This document shows positions 51,877-60,464 of a stretch of 64,000 nt of DNA, piece after piece. Within the stretch, counting starts at the first letter, position 1, and each line of letters opens with the position of its first letter. This stretch comes from an uncultured bacterium (GTDB lineage Bacteria; Babelota; Babeliae; Babelales; Vermiphilaceae): the NCBI GenBank assembly GCA_963702025.1, contig OY969699.1, positions 256,001 to 320,000 on the forward strand. Reading direction: 5' to 3'. The position numbers and the translations under genes were made by a program. Under the pieces are notes generated by a model. It saw only the letters and a program-made list of their open reading frames with translations, had not been told where the DNA came from and did no database searches.

Positions 51877-52707
51877 ATGAAATCAATAATGGAAGAAGCA
51901 TCAACAGTAAGCAAAGCAATAGAGCAAGCCTGGCAACGTGCAGGCCAACCTCAGGAATTTTCAATTAAAGTTCTTGAGCTCCCTAAAACATCATTTTTTG
52001 GTCTTAAAACATCAAAATCAGCAAAAATTGCCTTCTTTTTTAATGAGGCAACAGTAAAAATTCGAGAACCTCAAGCAGCGACCCAAAAGCAGATTCGCCC
52101 TCTGGCTCCCCGCCCTCAGCAAGGCGGCCGCCCTGAGCAATCAGAGCAAAGAACTGGTCAACGCCGTCCTCAGCATGCGCCTCGTGACCAACAGCGCCCT
52201 GAACGCCGAGAACAGACTGAGCGCACCGACATTCAACGACGAGTAACACAACCAAGCCGCCCGGAGCAATCCGAAAAGCGGCACGAAGAGCGGCGGCATC
52301 GTTCGGATGAAAGAGGCGGATACAGAGATGGTTCACCAGCCCCGGCGGGAGATGAAAGACCATATCAGCGCCAAGAGTATCGCTCATCAGAACCGCGTGA
52401 AATGTGGACCCCAGAAATGATCGATGCGGCACGTGACTGGGTAAAAGAAACATTGGTGATGATGGGACATCATGACATTAACGTCAGTTCAACTGTGTCA
52501 CATAATTATCTAAAGCTTAATTTGAGCCAACCTGTTTTAGATGATCCACGCGCTGAAGAAACGCAACTTAAAAGTTGGGGCAGTTTAGCAATGGAAGCAG
52601 TACGCGATAAAGCACAAAAACCTTTGCGTAGCTTGCGAGTTATTTTAGAAAGCAGCCCTTCGAGACCCGACTACGCCAAGACTTCGTCGGGCAGGCGCAC
52701 AGAATAA
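51877..52707 (+). CDS. jag: Jag/EloR N-terminal-domain protein with Arg/Gln/Pro-rich linker
   Basis: EASTVSKAIEQA...IKVLE...SFFGL Jag_N pattern; position before mnmE. Confidence 0.75.
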   Translation: MKSIMEEASTVSKAIEQAWQRAGQPQEFSIKVLELPKTSFFGLKTSKSAKIAFFFNEATVKIREPQAATQKQIRPLAPRPQQGGRPEQSEQRTGQRRPQHAPRDQQRPERREQTERTDIQRRVTQPSRPEQSEKRHEERRHRSDERGGYRDGSPAPAGDERPYQRQEYRSSEPREMWTPEMIDAARDWVKETLVMMGHHDINVSSTVSHNYLKLNLSQPVLDDPRAEETQLKSWGSLAMEAVRDKAQKPLRSLRVILESSPSRPDYAKTSSGRRTE

Positions 52708-52747
52708 TAGTATAGAAAGCCGTTCGTGCTGAGCCTGTCGAAGCATC
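52656..52747. repeat. REP-like pair at the jag 3' end and jag-mnmE gap
   Basis: cccttcgaga[cccgactacgccaagacttcgtcgggcagg]...; ccgttcgtgctgagcctgtcgaagcatc. Confidence 0.8.
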
Positions 52748-52767
52748 CCTGAATAGAGGTTATTTAC

Positions 52768-54297
52768 ATGTTCTGCCCCGATGAACAAACAATCATTGCA
52801 CAATGTACGCCCCGCGCAAGCGGGGCAATTGCCTTACTGCGTATCAGTGGAAATGGAGCAATTCCGATCGCTGATGCGATAAGTTCTTTGGCTTCTGGCA
52901 AGAAACTTGCTCAATCGCCATCCCATACCATTCATTATGGTTCGGTCAAGAAAATGACTCCAATAACCAATCACGATCCTTCGATACGCGCCTATGGCGC
53001 TACTCAGGACGAACGGAGGAATGAATCCGTTCGTGGTGAGTGTCTCGCGAAGCGAGATGTATCGAACCATTCCCAAGAAGCTGCAACTATTGATAATGTC
53101 CTTTTTCTCCTCATGCGAGCACCCAAAACATTCACCGGGCAAGATACGGTGGAAATTACCTGCCACAACAACCAATTTATTATCGAAGAGATTATTGCGC
53201 TTGCCATCGGCGCCGGCGCGCGCCTGGCGCAAGAAGGTGAGTTCACCAAACGCGCGGTCCTGAGTGGCAAAATTGATCTGATACAAGCGGAAGCAATTAA
53301 TGAATTGATTCACGCTCAAACACAATTGGCACTCAAGCAATCGCTTGCCCAACTTGATGGGAGCTTTTCACAGTGGTTGCAAATGCTGGAAAAAGATTTA
53401 CTCAAAGCGCTCGCATTATCTGAAGCAAGTTTTGAATTTCTTGATGAAGAGATGGAATTTGCGCCGCAAATCAGCACTTTGATAGAAACCACACAAAACA
53501 ATATTGGTATCATTAAAAAAACATTTAATCAGCAACAAACGATTCGCCAAGGAATCCGTGTTGCCATAATCGGCTCGGTGAATGCCGGCAAATCATCCTT
53601 ATTTAATGCGTTGCTCAATCAAAATAGAGCGATTGTAAATGCACAGGCAGGCACCACAAGAGATTCTATTGAGGCAGGTCTTTATAAAAATGGCAATTTT
53701 TGGACCTTGGTGGACACCGCCGGATTGCGCCAAACGGATGATACCATTGAACAAGAGGGCATTAAACGTTCTTTTGAAGAAGCTCACAAAGCAGACATTA
53801 TCATTCTTGCATATGATGGTTCGCGAGAAATAAGTGCGCAAGAAAAGACGGTTTATGATGGCATTGTGGAAAAATATCCGAATAAAATTATTACGGTATT
53901 TACCAAGGTGGATCAGGTACAATCCAAGGAACCGTTCGTGGTGAGTGCGAATGAAATTCGCGTATCGAACCATGCAGTTGAAAATCCCATCTTTCTCTCA
54001 AGCAAAACCAAAACAAACATAGACCTTCTTGAAAAACAGATCGAACAAAAAATAACCGGCTTATTTGCTCAAATCGAATCACCGTTTTTACTTAATCAGC
54101 GTCATTACAATATCTTACTGACACTTGAAAATAAACTGCACGAAATTCAACAGATGCTCGCATGCAAAAAAGTTGCCTATGAATTACTTTCCGTGCATAT
54201 TAATGATGCCATTGCTAATCTTGCAGAACTTTCGGGTAAATCTATCAGCGAGGCAGGAATGGACATGGTGTTTAGAGAATTCTGTATTGGAAAATGA
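52768..54297 (+). CDS. mnmE: tRNA modification GTPase MnmE with two in-frame repeat insertions
   Basis: GEFTKRA, DLIQAEA, GSVNAGKSS, GTTRD, DTAG and FCIGK. Confidence 0.98.
   Translation: MFCPDEQTIIAQCTPRASGAIALLRISGNGAIPIADAISSLASGKKLAQSPSHTIHYGSVKKMTPITNHDPSIRAYGATQDERRNESVRGECLAKRDVSNHSQEAATIDNVLFLLMRAPKTFTGQDTVEITCHNNQFIIEEIIALAIGAGARLAQEGEFTKRAVLSGKIDLIQAEAINELIHAQTQLALKQSLAQLDGSFSQWLQMLEKDLLKALALSEASFEFLDEEMEFAPQISTLIETTQNNIGIIKKTFNQQQTIRQGIRVAIIGSVNAGKSSLFNALLNQNRAIVNAQAGTTRDSIEAGLYKNGNFWTLVDTAGLRQTDDTIEQEGIKRSFEEAHKADIIILAYDGSREISAQEKTVYDGIVEKYPNKIITVFTKVDQVQSKEPFVVSANEIRVSNHAVENPIFLSSKTKTNIDLLEKQIEQKITGLFAQIESPFLLNQRHYNILLTLENKLHEIQQMLACKKVAYELLSVHINDAIANLAELSGKSISEAGMDMVFREFCIGK
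52975..53070. repeat. Inverted REP doublet (REPIN-like) inside mnmE
   Basis: ccttcgatac-gcgcctatggcgc-tactcaggacgaacgg ... ccgttcgtggtgagtg-tctcgcgaagcgaga-tgtatcgaaccat. Confidence 0.88.
53932..53974 (+). repeat. Single REP-like element inside mnmE
   Basis: ccgttcgtggtgagt-gcgaatgaaattcgc-gtatcgaaccatg; encodes PFVVSANEIRVSNH. Confidence 0.88.
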
Positions 54298-54372
54298 GAC
54301 TACTTAAATATAGACGCAGAGGCGTAAAGCCATTAATACAATAAGATAATCTGCTTCATTACTATATCTCAT

Positions 54373-55341
54373 TTATGCATGAGCCGCTTGTGCTTGTGGC
54401 GCATATTTATTATAAGAAGCCACAATCTTATCAACTTTCTTTTGACCGGCGACGATTGCCAATTGCTGCGCAGCCGTTTGGCATGCAACAGGAATTCCCG
54501 ATGCTGTTTTTGCAGCAGAAGAAGCATTTTTTATTAAAGCATGCTTAAATTCCATCTCTTTTTGTACTTTTTCTGTCTCTGCTTTAAATTTAGCGGCTTT
54601 CAATTTTTCTTTTAGATCATTTGCCTTTTGAGCCTCGGTCGGGAAAAAGTATCGATAAATCTCACGGCCTTTATAATACACTATAACACCCACAACCACT
54701 CCTCCCACAACAATGCAGGTTGCAACCGGATGTGCTACCGCAACAGCGGCAACGGTTGATCCGGCAGATTTTATTGCAGCGCCGGTGGTTTTTATGGCAG
54801 CCCCTACGGTATTTAATGCGCCGACACCAACATTTGCGCCTGCATTTGGCGCAGCCTTAGCAAGAGCGATACATGCTTGCTTAATCTCTCCCGATGATTT
54901 TTCAATAACCGGAGCAAGAACTTTGGCTGCTTCAATGCCACCATTTGCCAGAGCCGGCTCAGCAGTTTTTAATGCTTCAGCAAATTTTTCAAGGGCCGGG
55001 ACAGTTTTTGCGGTGATAAAAATACCTGTTTTAGATAGTGTATTCACTGTTTGATTAACAACCGGAATCGCGGTTTTAACAGTTTGTAATCCAACCTCAG
55101 AGCCGGCTGCAGGAAGCGTTGCTAGCAATTCTTTAAGATGTGGCGATAACTCTTTAACGGCTTCAATACCTAATTCTTTAGCAGCTTCATTCATTTTTTG
55201 CGAAGCATCTCGGAGTGCAGGTGCCATAATTTTTGCAGCATTTAAGCCTATATCACATCCCATTCCATTGTCCGCTAAAATGCAATGGAACAATTGGAAA
55301 AGAAAAAGTTGATAAAATACCATCTTTTTTATGTTGTTCAT
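54373..55341 (-). CDS. Secreted Ala-rich amphipathic-repeat protein with a long hydrophobic segment
   Basis: Signal peptide; GIEAVKELSP and GIEAAKVLAP repeats; VAAVAVAHPVATCIVVGGVVVGVIVYY. Confidence 0.7.
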   Translation of the reverse strand: MNNIKKMVFYQLFLFQLFHCILADNGMGCDIGLNAAKIMAPALRDASQKMNEAAKELGIEAVKELSPHLKELLATLPAAGSEVGLQTVKTAIPVVNQTVNTLSKTGIFITAKTVPALEKFAEALKTAEPALANGGIEAAKVLAPVIEKSSGEIKQACIALAKAAPNAGANVGVGALNTVGAAIKTTGAAIKSAGSTVAAVAVAHPVATCIVVGGVVVGVIVYYKGREIYRYFFPTEAQKANDLKEKLKAAKFKAETEKVQKEMEFKHALIKNASSAAKTASGIPVACQTAAQQLAIVAGQKKVDKIVASYNKYAPQAQAAHA

Positions 55342-55363
55342 AATCTTTTACCTTTTTTAATTT

Positions 55364-55864
55364 CTACTGATTAAAAGCGATCAATTTTTGATTAATTTCA
55401 CGACGTTCTTGCTCAAGAACTTCATATCTTTGGATTAAAGTCTTTATAAGTCGATACTCATTAACAATTATTAGAAGAAAAAACTTTATTGCGTCAAAAT
55501 TTTCTTCTATTTGGTCATTTTCAGATTTTCGGAAAAGTTCTTTAATCAAAAAATTATTAACATTTTTTTCATTATTTAAAGTTCTGATAAATGCGACAAG
55601 ATTTTCGTCTACCGCGCGACCGAACTCGCCTCTTTCTTGCTCGTTAAGGTTCTTTTTTTCTAGTTCTGCTCTCAAAATATTGATAGCTTCTTTCCAAGTC
55701 GAACGCGTATACAAATACCTTTCAGCAATTGTCTTGCCCAATTCGGAAAGTTCCATTTCTTTTTTAAATTTAAGCTCTGCTAATTGTGCTTGTGCGTCTG
55801 TTTCATTACCCAAAAGAGTAAGCGGCATTAAAAGAACGGCTAGTAATATATTTTTGTAAGTCAT
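55364..55864 (-). CDS. Secreted helical protein (cassette 1, gene 3)
   Basis: MTYKNILLAVLLMPLTLLGN; paralog of 58631-59140. Confidence 0.8.
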   Translation of the reverse strand: MTYKNILLAVLLMPLTLLGNETDAQAQLAELKFKKEMELSELGKTIAERYLYTRSTWKEAINILRAELEKKNLNEQERGEFGRAVDENLVAFIRTLNNEKNVNNFLIKELFRKSENDQIEENFDAIKFFLLIIVNEYRLIKTLIQRYEVLEQERREINQKLIAFNQ

Positions 55865-55946
55865 AAAAATTCCTTAAAATAATTGAAAAATTTATTCACA
55901 ATGGGGCATAATCCCGAAAATAGTTTTTAATCTTGTCTCAATAAAT

Positions 55947-55969
55947 CCCCCCATGGAAGAACCATGGGG
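55947..55969 (-). terminator. Hairpin after the cassette 1 membrane gene (equivalent at about 59229-59251)
   Basis: ccccatgg-aagaa-ccatgggg, conserved in both cassettes. Confidence 0.6.
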
Positions 55970-56010
55970 AGGCCAATGTTAATCTTTGGAATAATGTATC
56001 TCACGCATCG

Positions 56011-56355
56011 CTAATCCGATTCAGCCCGTTTATACTTATAATGATAGACACACCAAATCAACGTTATGCTAAATGCAATTCGGATAATCGGCGCCATATA
56101 AGGGCTAATCTGATACAATGGTTGCCACAGTCCATAGCGTGGAATTTGATAATACCATGCCAGCCATGGGCATCCTATGAACCATACAATAATCATATAG
56201 GTCAAGAAGAAGGGATTTCTGAACGGAGAATTTTCATCGATAATTCTATACCATCGCTCTCGTTCTCCTCCAATTATCATGCTCAAAAGCACTATAACTG
56301 CACCATATAACGTATTTTCAAGTTGGATTAGGCAGGAGTACCAAAATGTAATCAT
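56011..56355 (-). CDS. Small three-TM membrane protein, putative immunity (cassette 1, gene 2)
   Basis: Three hydrophobic segments; starts 9 nt after gene 1; distant paralog of 59258-59593 (Y.IV.WF...W..WY.Q.PR.G.W). Confidence 0.65.
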   Translation of the reverse strand: MITFWYSCLIQLENTLYGAVIVLLSMIIGGERERWYRIIDENSPFRNPFFLTYMIIVWFIGCPWLAWYYQIPRYGLWQPLYQISPYMAPIIRIAFSITLIWCVYHYKYKRAESD

Positions 56356-56364
56356 ATGTTCTCT

Positions 56365-56856
56365 TTATGGAGTCGGCAAGAGAGTTCCAGCAACCTCCAC
56401 GGTCAATGCTGATGCTTCAATAGCCTCATGAACAAGATGCGCTTCTGCAAGAACTTCTGGATGAAAAATGGCCGCAACTGCATAGCCGCCATAACCCACT
56501 GCACGTACTGTCCATCCGGCAATTTTTCCTGTAATCCAACCGCCGCCATTGCCACGAACCTTTGCCACAAGAGCATATTTCCCTTCTTCAAATTTATTGA
56601 TGCGGATATACCCGTTACCAACAAATTCATTCAAGACTTTATGTTGCGAAACATCTCTGAGCAATGGATTAATATTATGCTTTTCAACAAAATGTTTTCC
56701 ATTCTCATCTTCGACGTAGAAATCTCTCTGATTTGAATACAGCTTAAGATCATTTGCCGATGATACAGCGCTCTGCTCTACCAATTCCATTGCATGAACT
56801 AATGATGAAATACTGAATAAAAATAATGATAAAGAAGTGATGTTACGTATCTTCAC
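56365..56856 (-). CDS. Secreted precursor: conserved pro-domain, GNGGG, variable hydrophobic peptide (cassette 1, gene 1)
   Basis: GTG start; first ~107 aa nearly identical to 59596-60090, then diverged. Confidence 0.8.
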   Translation of the reverse strand: MKIRNITSLSLFLFSISSLVHAMELVEQSAVSSANDLKLYSNQRDFYVEDENGKHFVEKHNINPLLRDVSQHKVLNEFVGNGYIRINKFEEGKYALVAKVRGNGGGWITGKIAGWTVRAVGYGGYAVAAIFHPEVLAEAHLVHEAIEASALTVEVAGTLLPTP

Positions 56857-56942
56857 GTATTCTTCCTAGCGTTATGTTGTTAATAAATATATACACTGGC
56901 TTGTTCGACATCGCTGCAGCTGAAACCGAAACGCATTACTAC
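56857..56942 (-). repeat. Leader sequence identical to 60091-60176
   Basis: gtattcttcctagcgttatg...gctgcagctgaaaccgaaacgcattactac present in both cassettes. Confidence 0.9.
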
Positions 56943-56996
56943 TATGGGTCGGGCAATATAATAGAACAATTTTTTTCAAATGAAAAGCATTATTTT

Positions 56997-58226
56997 CTGA
57001 AGTTCGGACATAAATAGAAGAGACTCCTGTTCTGGTGTATTTTTAAAAAAAACAAAGAAACACCAAAAACAGGAGAATCATGATTGCCAAAAAAGATATC
57101 ATAAAAATGATTAATTCGCTAAAAGTATTTAACATTCATGTTGCCGACTTCATCGGATCGATGATTTGGGGGTTCCAACAAGCAAAAAAGCTTAGAATTT
57201 CCAGCATTTCTGCTGCATCACCCGGCAAGTATGAATCTAACTATAAAAACATCACAAGATCTCTAAATAAATTAGAAGTTTCTCAGCTTTCAGAAGCTCT
57301 TTTGTCATTTCAGGACCAAGCGAGTGATATCCTATTGCTCGATTTTACTGAGATGACTCGAAAAAATGCTAAACGCACTGCTTATATTGGATATTTAAAA
57401 GATGGAGAAACACTTGGCTACAGCATATTGGCACTGAGTGTACCATTCAAAGGAAGATCTAAAATAATATTTGCTGATGTAATATCTTCTTCAATCATTG
57501 CTGAGAGCGCAACTGGAAAGTGGAAGCTTATTCAAGAAGCTTTACGCCCATTAATTCCTTTGCTTCAGAGTAAGATAATTGTCATTGATCGTGAACTTTG
57601 CAATGAGGAGATGATCAAGTTCTTTCATAAACATCAAATTCATTATTCAATACGCTTAAAAATAAGTGCTGGAAAAAACCAAATTATTATTACTGACAAA
57701 AAAGGCAGCAGGATTAACATTTCTATTACTCGCGGCTCAAAGAAAAATTGGAAAGGGGTTTATTATAAAGGGAAAATCAAAGTAAATATTGCTGCTGAAT
57801 GGCAAAGCAATATGCCTGAGCCAATGTATATAATTACAGATTGTCAGCCAAGTGAAGGTTTAAAATACTATAAAAAACGCATGAAAATAGAGGAAAGTTT
57901 CAAAGATATAAAAGATAAATTGGGCTTTACAAAAATCATGAATAAAACTTTAGGCAATCTCCTTAAAATGCTCCTCATTGGATTAATTGCCTACAATCTA
58001 TTGATTTTGATAGGCGAAATGCTGCGATTACAAGTGCTCACGAAGCGCGAAAGGCTTAAGTTCAGCGGTTTGCATTTATTGCTTAATATGATTTATTCAT
58101 ATTCTCGATCCAAACTTCGGAAAGCACTACGTCAAGTTGAATTCCATCTGCTTGAAAATAATTCAGATGATGTTGTTTGGTTAAGAGCCTTTAGGAATTG
58201 TTAAAATGAAATTGTCCGAACTTAAG
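56997..58226 (+). mobile_element. IS4-superfamily insertion sequence, about 1230 bp, apparently intact
   Basis: Terminal inverted repeats CTGAAGTTCGGACA and TGTCCGAACTTAAG; flanking direct repeat TTATTTT (56990-56996, 58227-58233). Confidence 0.88.
57080..58204 (+). CDS. DDE transposase (IS4 superfamily)
   Basis: LLLDFT, IVIDREL and YKKRMKIEESFKDIK (YREK motif). Confidence 0.93.
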   Translation: MIAKKDIIKMINSLKVFNIHVADFIGSMIWGFQQAKKLRISSISAASPGKYESNYKNITRSLNKLEVSQLSEALLSFQDQASDILLLDFTEMTRKNAKRTAYIGYLKDGETLGYSILALSVPFKGRSKIIFADVISSSIIAESATGKWKLIQEALRPLIPLLQSKIIVIDRELCNEEMIKFFHKHQIHYSIRLKISAGKNQIIITDKKGSRINISITRGSKKNWKGVYYKGKIKVNIAAEWQSNMPEPMYIITDCQPSEGLKYYKKRMKIEESFKDIKDKLGFTKIMNKTLGNLLKMLLIGLIAYNLLILIGEMLRLQVLTKRERLKFSGLHLLLNMIYSYSRSKLRKALRQVEFHLLENNSDDVVWLRAFRNC

Positions 58227-58382
58227 TTATTTTTCACCGCAAGGCCAATAGATTAAGCAGGAGGAAATCAAAGAACTTGATAAAGCCCTATTAGTTATGT
58301 TTTATTTGTTCAGCGATTGGCATATAAAAGAAGAAGCGATATAGTTATTTAGAATATTAGTTATGAATTATCAGGATTTCAG

Positions 58383-58628
58383 ATGTCATCTAGATTGCCG
58401 CTCGATTTAAGTACTTTTTCTTTATTGCGCAAATCGGGCTATCTCTATGTGGATAAAACCGAATATGCATACAATCTTATCACGCAGGGACGCAGATACT
58501 TTCTTTCTCGCCCCCGTAGATTTGGCAAATCATTGTTCGTTTCGACGTTGAAAGAAATCTTACATGGCAATAAATCATTATTTAATGGTTTTGGATCGGG
58601 AAAAGTGACTATGAATGGCATTCTCAAA
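58383..58628 (+). pseudogene. Truncated AAA-ATPase-like (PD-(D/E)XK-associated family) gene
   Basis: YLYVDKT and FLSRPRRFGKSL; frameshift near 58590 into WIGKSDYEW; ends against cassette 2. Confidence 0.85.
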
Positions 58629-58630
58629 TT

Positions 58631-59140
58631 TTATGCATGTGAAGAGCCTCCGTTGTTTTGTTTTTTTAGATTTTCAATTTTTTGATCTATCGCTACCATT
58701 TCAGACAAAATTTGTTCATATTCTTCAAACATATTTTTCCAAATAATTCGCTCAATTATGATCCTCATTTGGGCTGATTTTATTTTGCCAAGCCCAAAAT
58801 CATTCTTTTTATTCTCAAAGAGTTCTTGCTTAAGAAAGTTATTAAAAGTTCTTTCGCCTTTAAAAATTTGATTTAATCGATTTAAAAATACATCTATCTC
58901 ATCATTAAATACTTTTTTTTCATCCTCATTCAAAGTTGAAAGTATATCTTGCCAGATGACAGATGCTTTATAAATCATATCTTCAATCAATTCTTCTTGC
59001 CGAGCGATTTTCTTGCCATACTCAGAAGCTTTTAGAATTTGCTCTTTTAAATCGTTTGTTAGTTGGGCTATTTGCTCGCTGTTACCCAAAAGAGAAAGTG
59101 GCATTAAAAGAATAGCCAATAATAGATTTTTGTAAGTCAT
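58631..59140 (-). CDS. Secreted helical protein (cassette 2, gene 3)
   Basis: MTYKNLLLAILLMPLSLLGN; SEYGKKIA and NNFLKQELF shared with 55364-55864. Confidence 0.8.
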   Translation of the reverse strand: MTYKNLLLAILLMPLSLLGNSEQIAQLTNDLKEQILKASEYGKKIARQEELIEDMIYKASVIWQDILSTLNEDEKKVFNDEIDVFLNRLNQIFKGERTFNNFLKQELFENKKNDFGLGKIKSAQMRIIIERIIWKNMFEEYEQILSEMVAIDQKIENLKKQNNGGSSHA

Positions 59141-59257
59141 CGAAAATATCCTTAAAATAATTGAAAGTTTTATTCAAAATGCGGCATAAGCTCTGAAAAT
59201 AGTTTTTTTTAGTCTTGTCTCAATTTATCCCCCATGTAAGAACCATGGGGGCATATA

Positions 59258-59593
59258 TTAATCTTTGGAATAATAATATCTATCCATTACAATCATAATG
59301 ACATTTGATATGATCACTACTCCTAATGCAGCCCATCCAAGTATTGGATTATGTCCAAAAAGTAAACTCCAGATGCCCCATCGAGGCTTTTGAATATACC
59401 AAGTGAGCCAGGTAAAAAAACCAAACCACATAACAATTAAGTATGCTAAGAAATACCCGTTACAAAAGTAATCAGGAAATAGTTCTGCGATTTTTGTTTT
59501 ATCACCAATTATGATATGACGAAAGCATAACAGCGTTATACCAATTAATAGGATCTCAACTTGTCCAAGAAAGGCTTGCAAAATGGTGACCAT
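59258..59593 (-). CDS. Small three-TM membrane protein, putative immunity (cassette 2, gene 2)
   Basis: Three hydrophobic segments; starts 2 nt after the gene 1 stop. Confidence 0.65.
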   Translation of the reverse strand: MVTILQAFLGQVEILLIGITLLCFRHIIIGDKTKIAELFPDYFCNGYFLAYLIVMWFGFFTWLTWYIQKPRWGIWSLLFGHNPILGWAALGVVIISNVIMIVMDRYYYSKD

Positions 59594-59595
59594 AA

Positions 59596-60090
59596 TTATG
59601 GTAATGGGGAAAGGGTTGCAGCAAGTCCCAGTGTATTTGCTGCCGCTTCAATGCCATGCATATATTCAGCCGAGTGCATTAGCATTTCGCCATGACTTGC
59701 CCATACTAATGCCGCAAAGGTACCCCATCCTGCAAGTCGCGTCCCCCACAATGCACACGCGCCAGCAACTGGGCCACCGCCATTGCCACGAACCTTTGCC
59801 ACAAGAGCATACTTGCCATCTTTAAATTTATTGATGCGGATATACCCGTTACCAATAAATTTTTCCAAGGCTTTATGTTGCGCGACAGCTTTGAGTAATG
59901 GATTAATATTATGCTTTTCGACAAAATGTTTTCCATTCTCATCTTCAACATAGAAATCTCTGTGGTTTGTATACAGTTTAAGATCATTTGCCGATGATAC
60001 AGCACTCCGATCTACCAGCTCCATTGCGTGGACTAATGATAAGGTACTGAATAAAAATAATGATAAAGAAGTGATGTTACGTATCTTCAC
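59596..60090 (-). CDS. Secreted precursor: conserved pro-domain, GNGGG, variable hydrophobic peptide (cassette 2, gene 1)
   Basis: Paralog of 56365-56856 with a different C-terminal ~57 aa. Confidence 0.8.
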   Translation of the reverse strand: MKIRNITSLSLFLFSTLSLVHAMELVDRSAVSSANDLKLYTNHRDFYVEDENGKHFVEKHNINPLLKAVAQHKALEKFIGNGYIRINKFKDGKYALVAKVRGNGGGPVAGACALWGTRLAGWGTFAALVWASHGEMLMHSAEYMHGIEAAANTLGLAATLSPLP

Positions 60091-60464
60091 GTATTCTTCC
60101 TAGCGTTATGTTGTTAATAAATATATACACTGGCTTGTTCGACATCGCTGCAGCTGAAACCGAAACGCATTACTACAACCCTTTGTTCGTAGCTCAATCT
60201 TTTCTTGGAACCGAGTAGAAAAGAGCGAAGCAGAATGGGTCGGCGAATATCATAGACAAATATTTTTCAAAAGAAAAGCAATTTTTTGCTGTATCTTCCG
60301 GATAAAGCAGGAAAAAATCAAAAAACATTATTATTTATGCTTTATTTGTTCAGCGATTACCGTTACAAAAGACTGAAAGATAGAACTTATTTAAAGAAAT
60401 TTAGTAAATATCATTGTTTCATGTATACTTTAAACTAATTTTTTATTGAAAGTATAGGTGTTTT

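Noticed and set aside
52834..53352. 172-aa antisense ORF in mnmE and other antisense ORFs in the track
   Set aside because: Shadows of well-supported genes, with no motifs or RBS
54283..54297. CIGK end of MnmE as a CaaX box
   Set aside because: FCIGK is the conserved functional motif of MnmE
55364..60260. Diversity-generating retroelement (template/variable repeat pair)
   Set aside because: No reverse transcriptase; differences are not adenine-specific and the variable part is replaced wholesale
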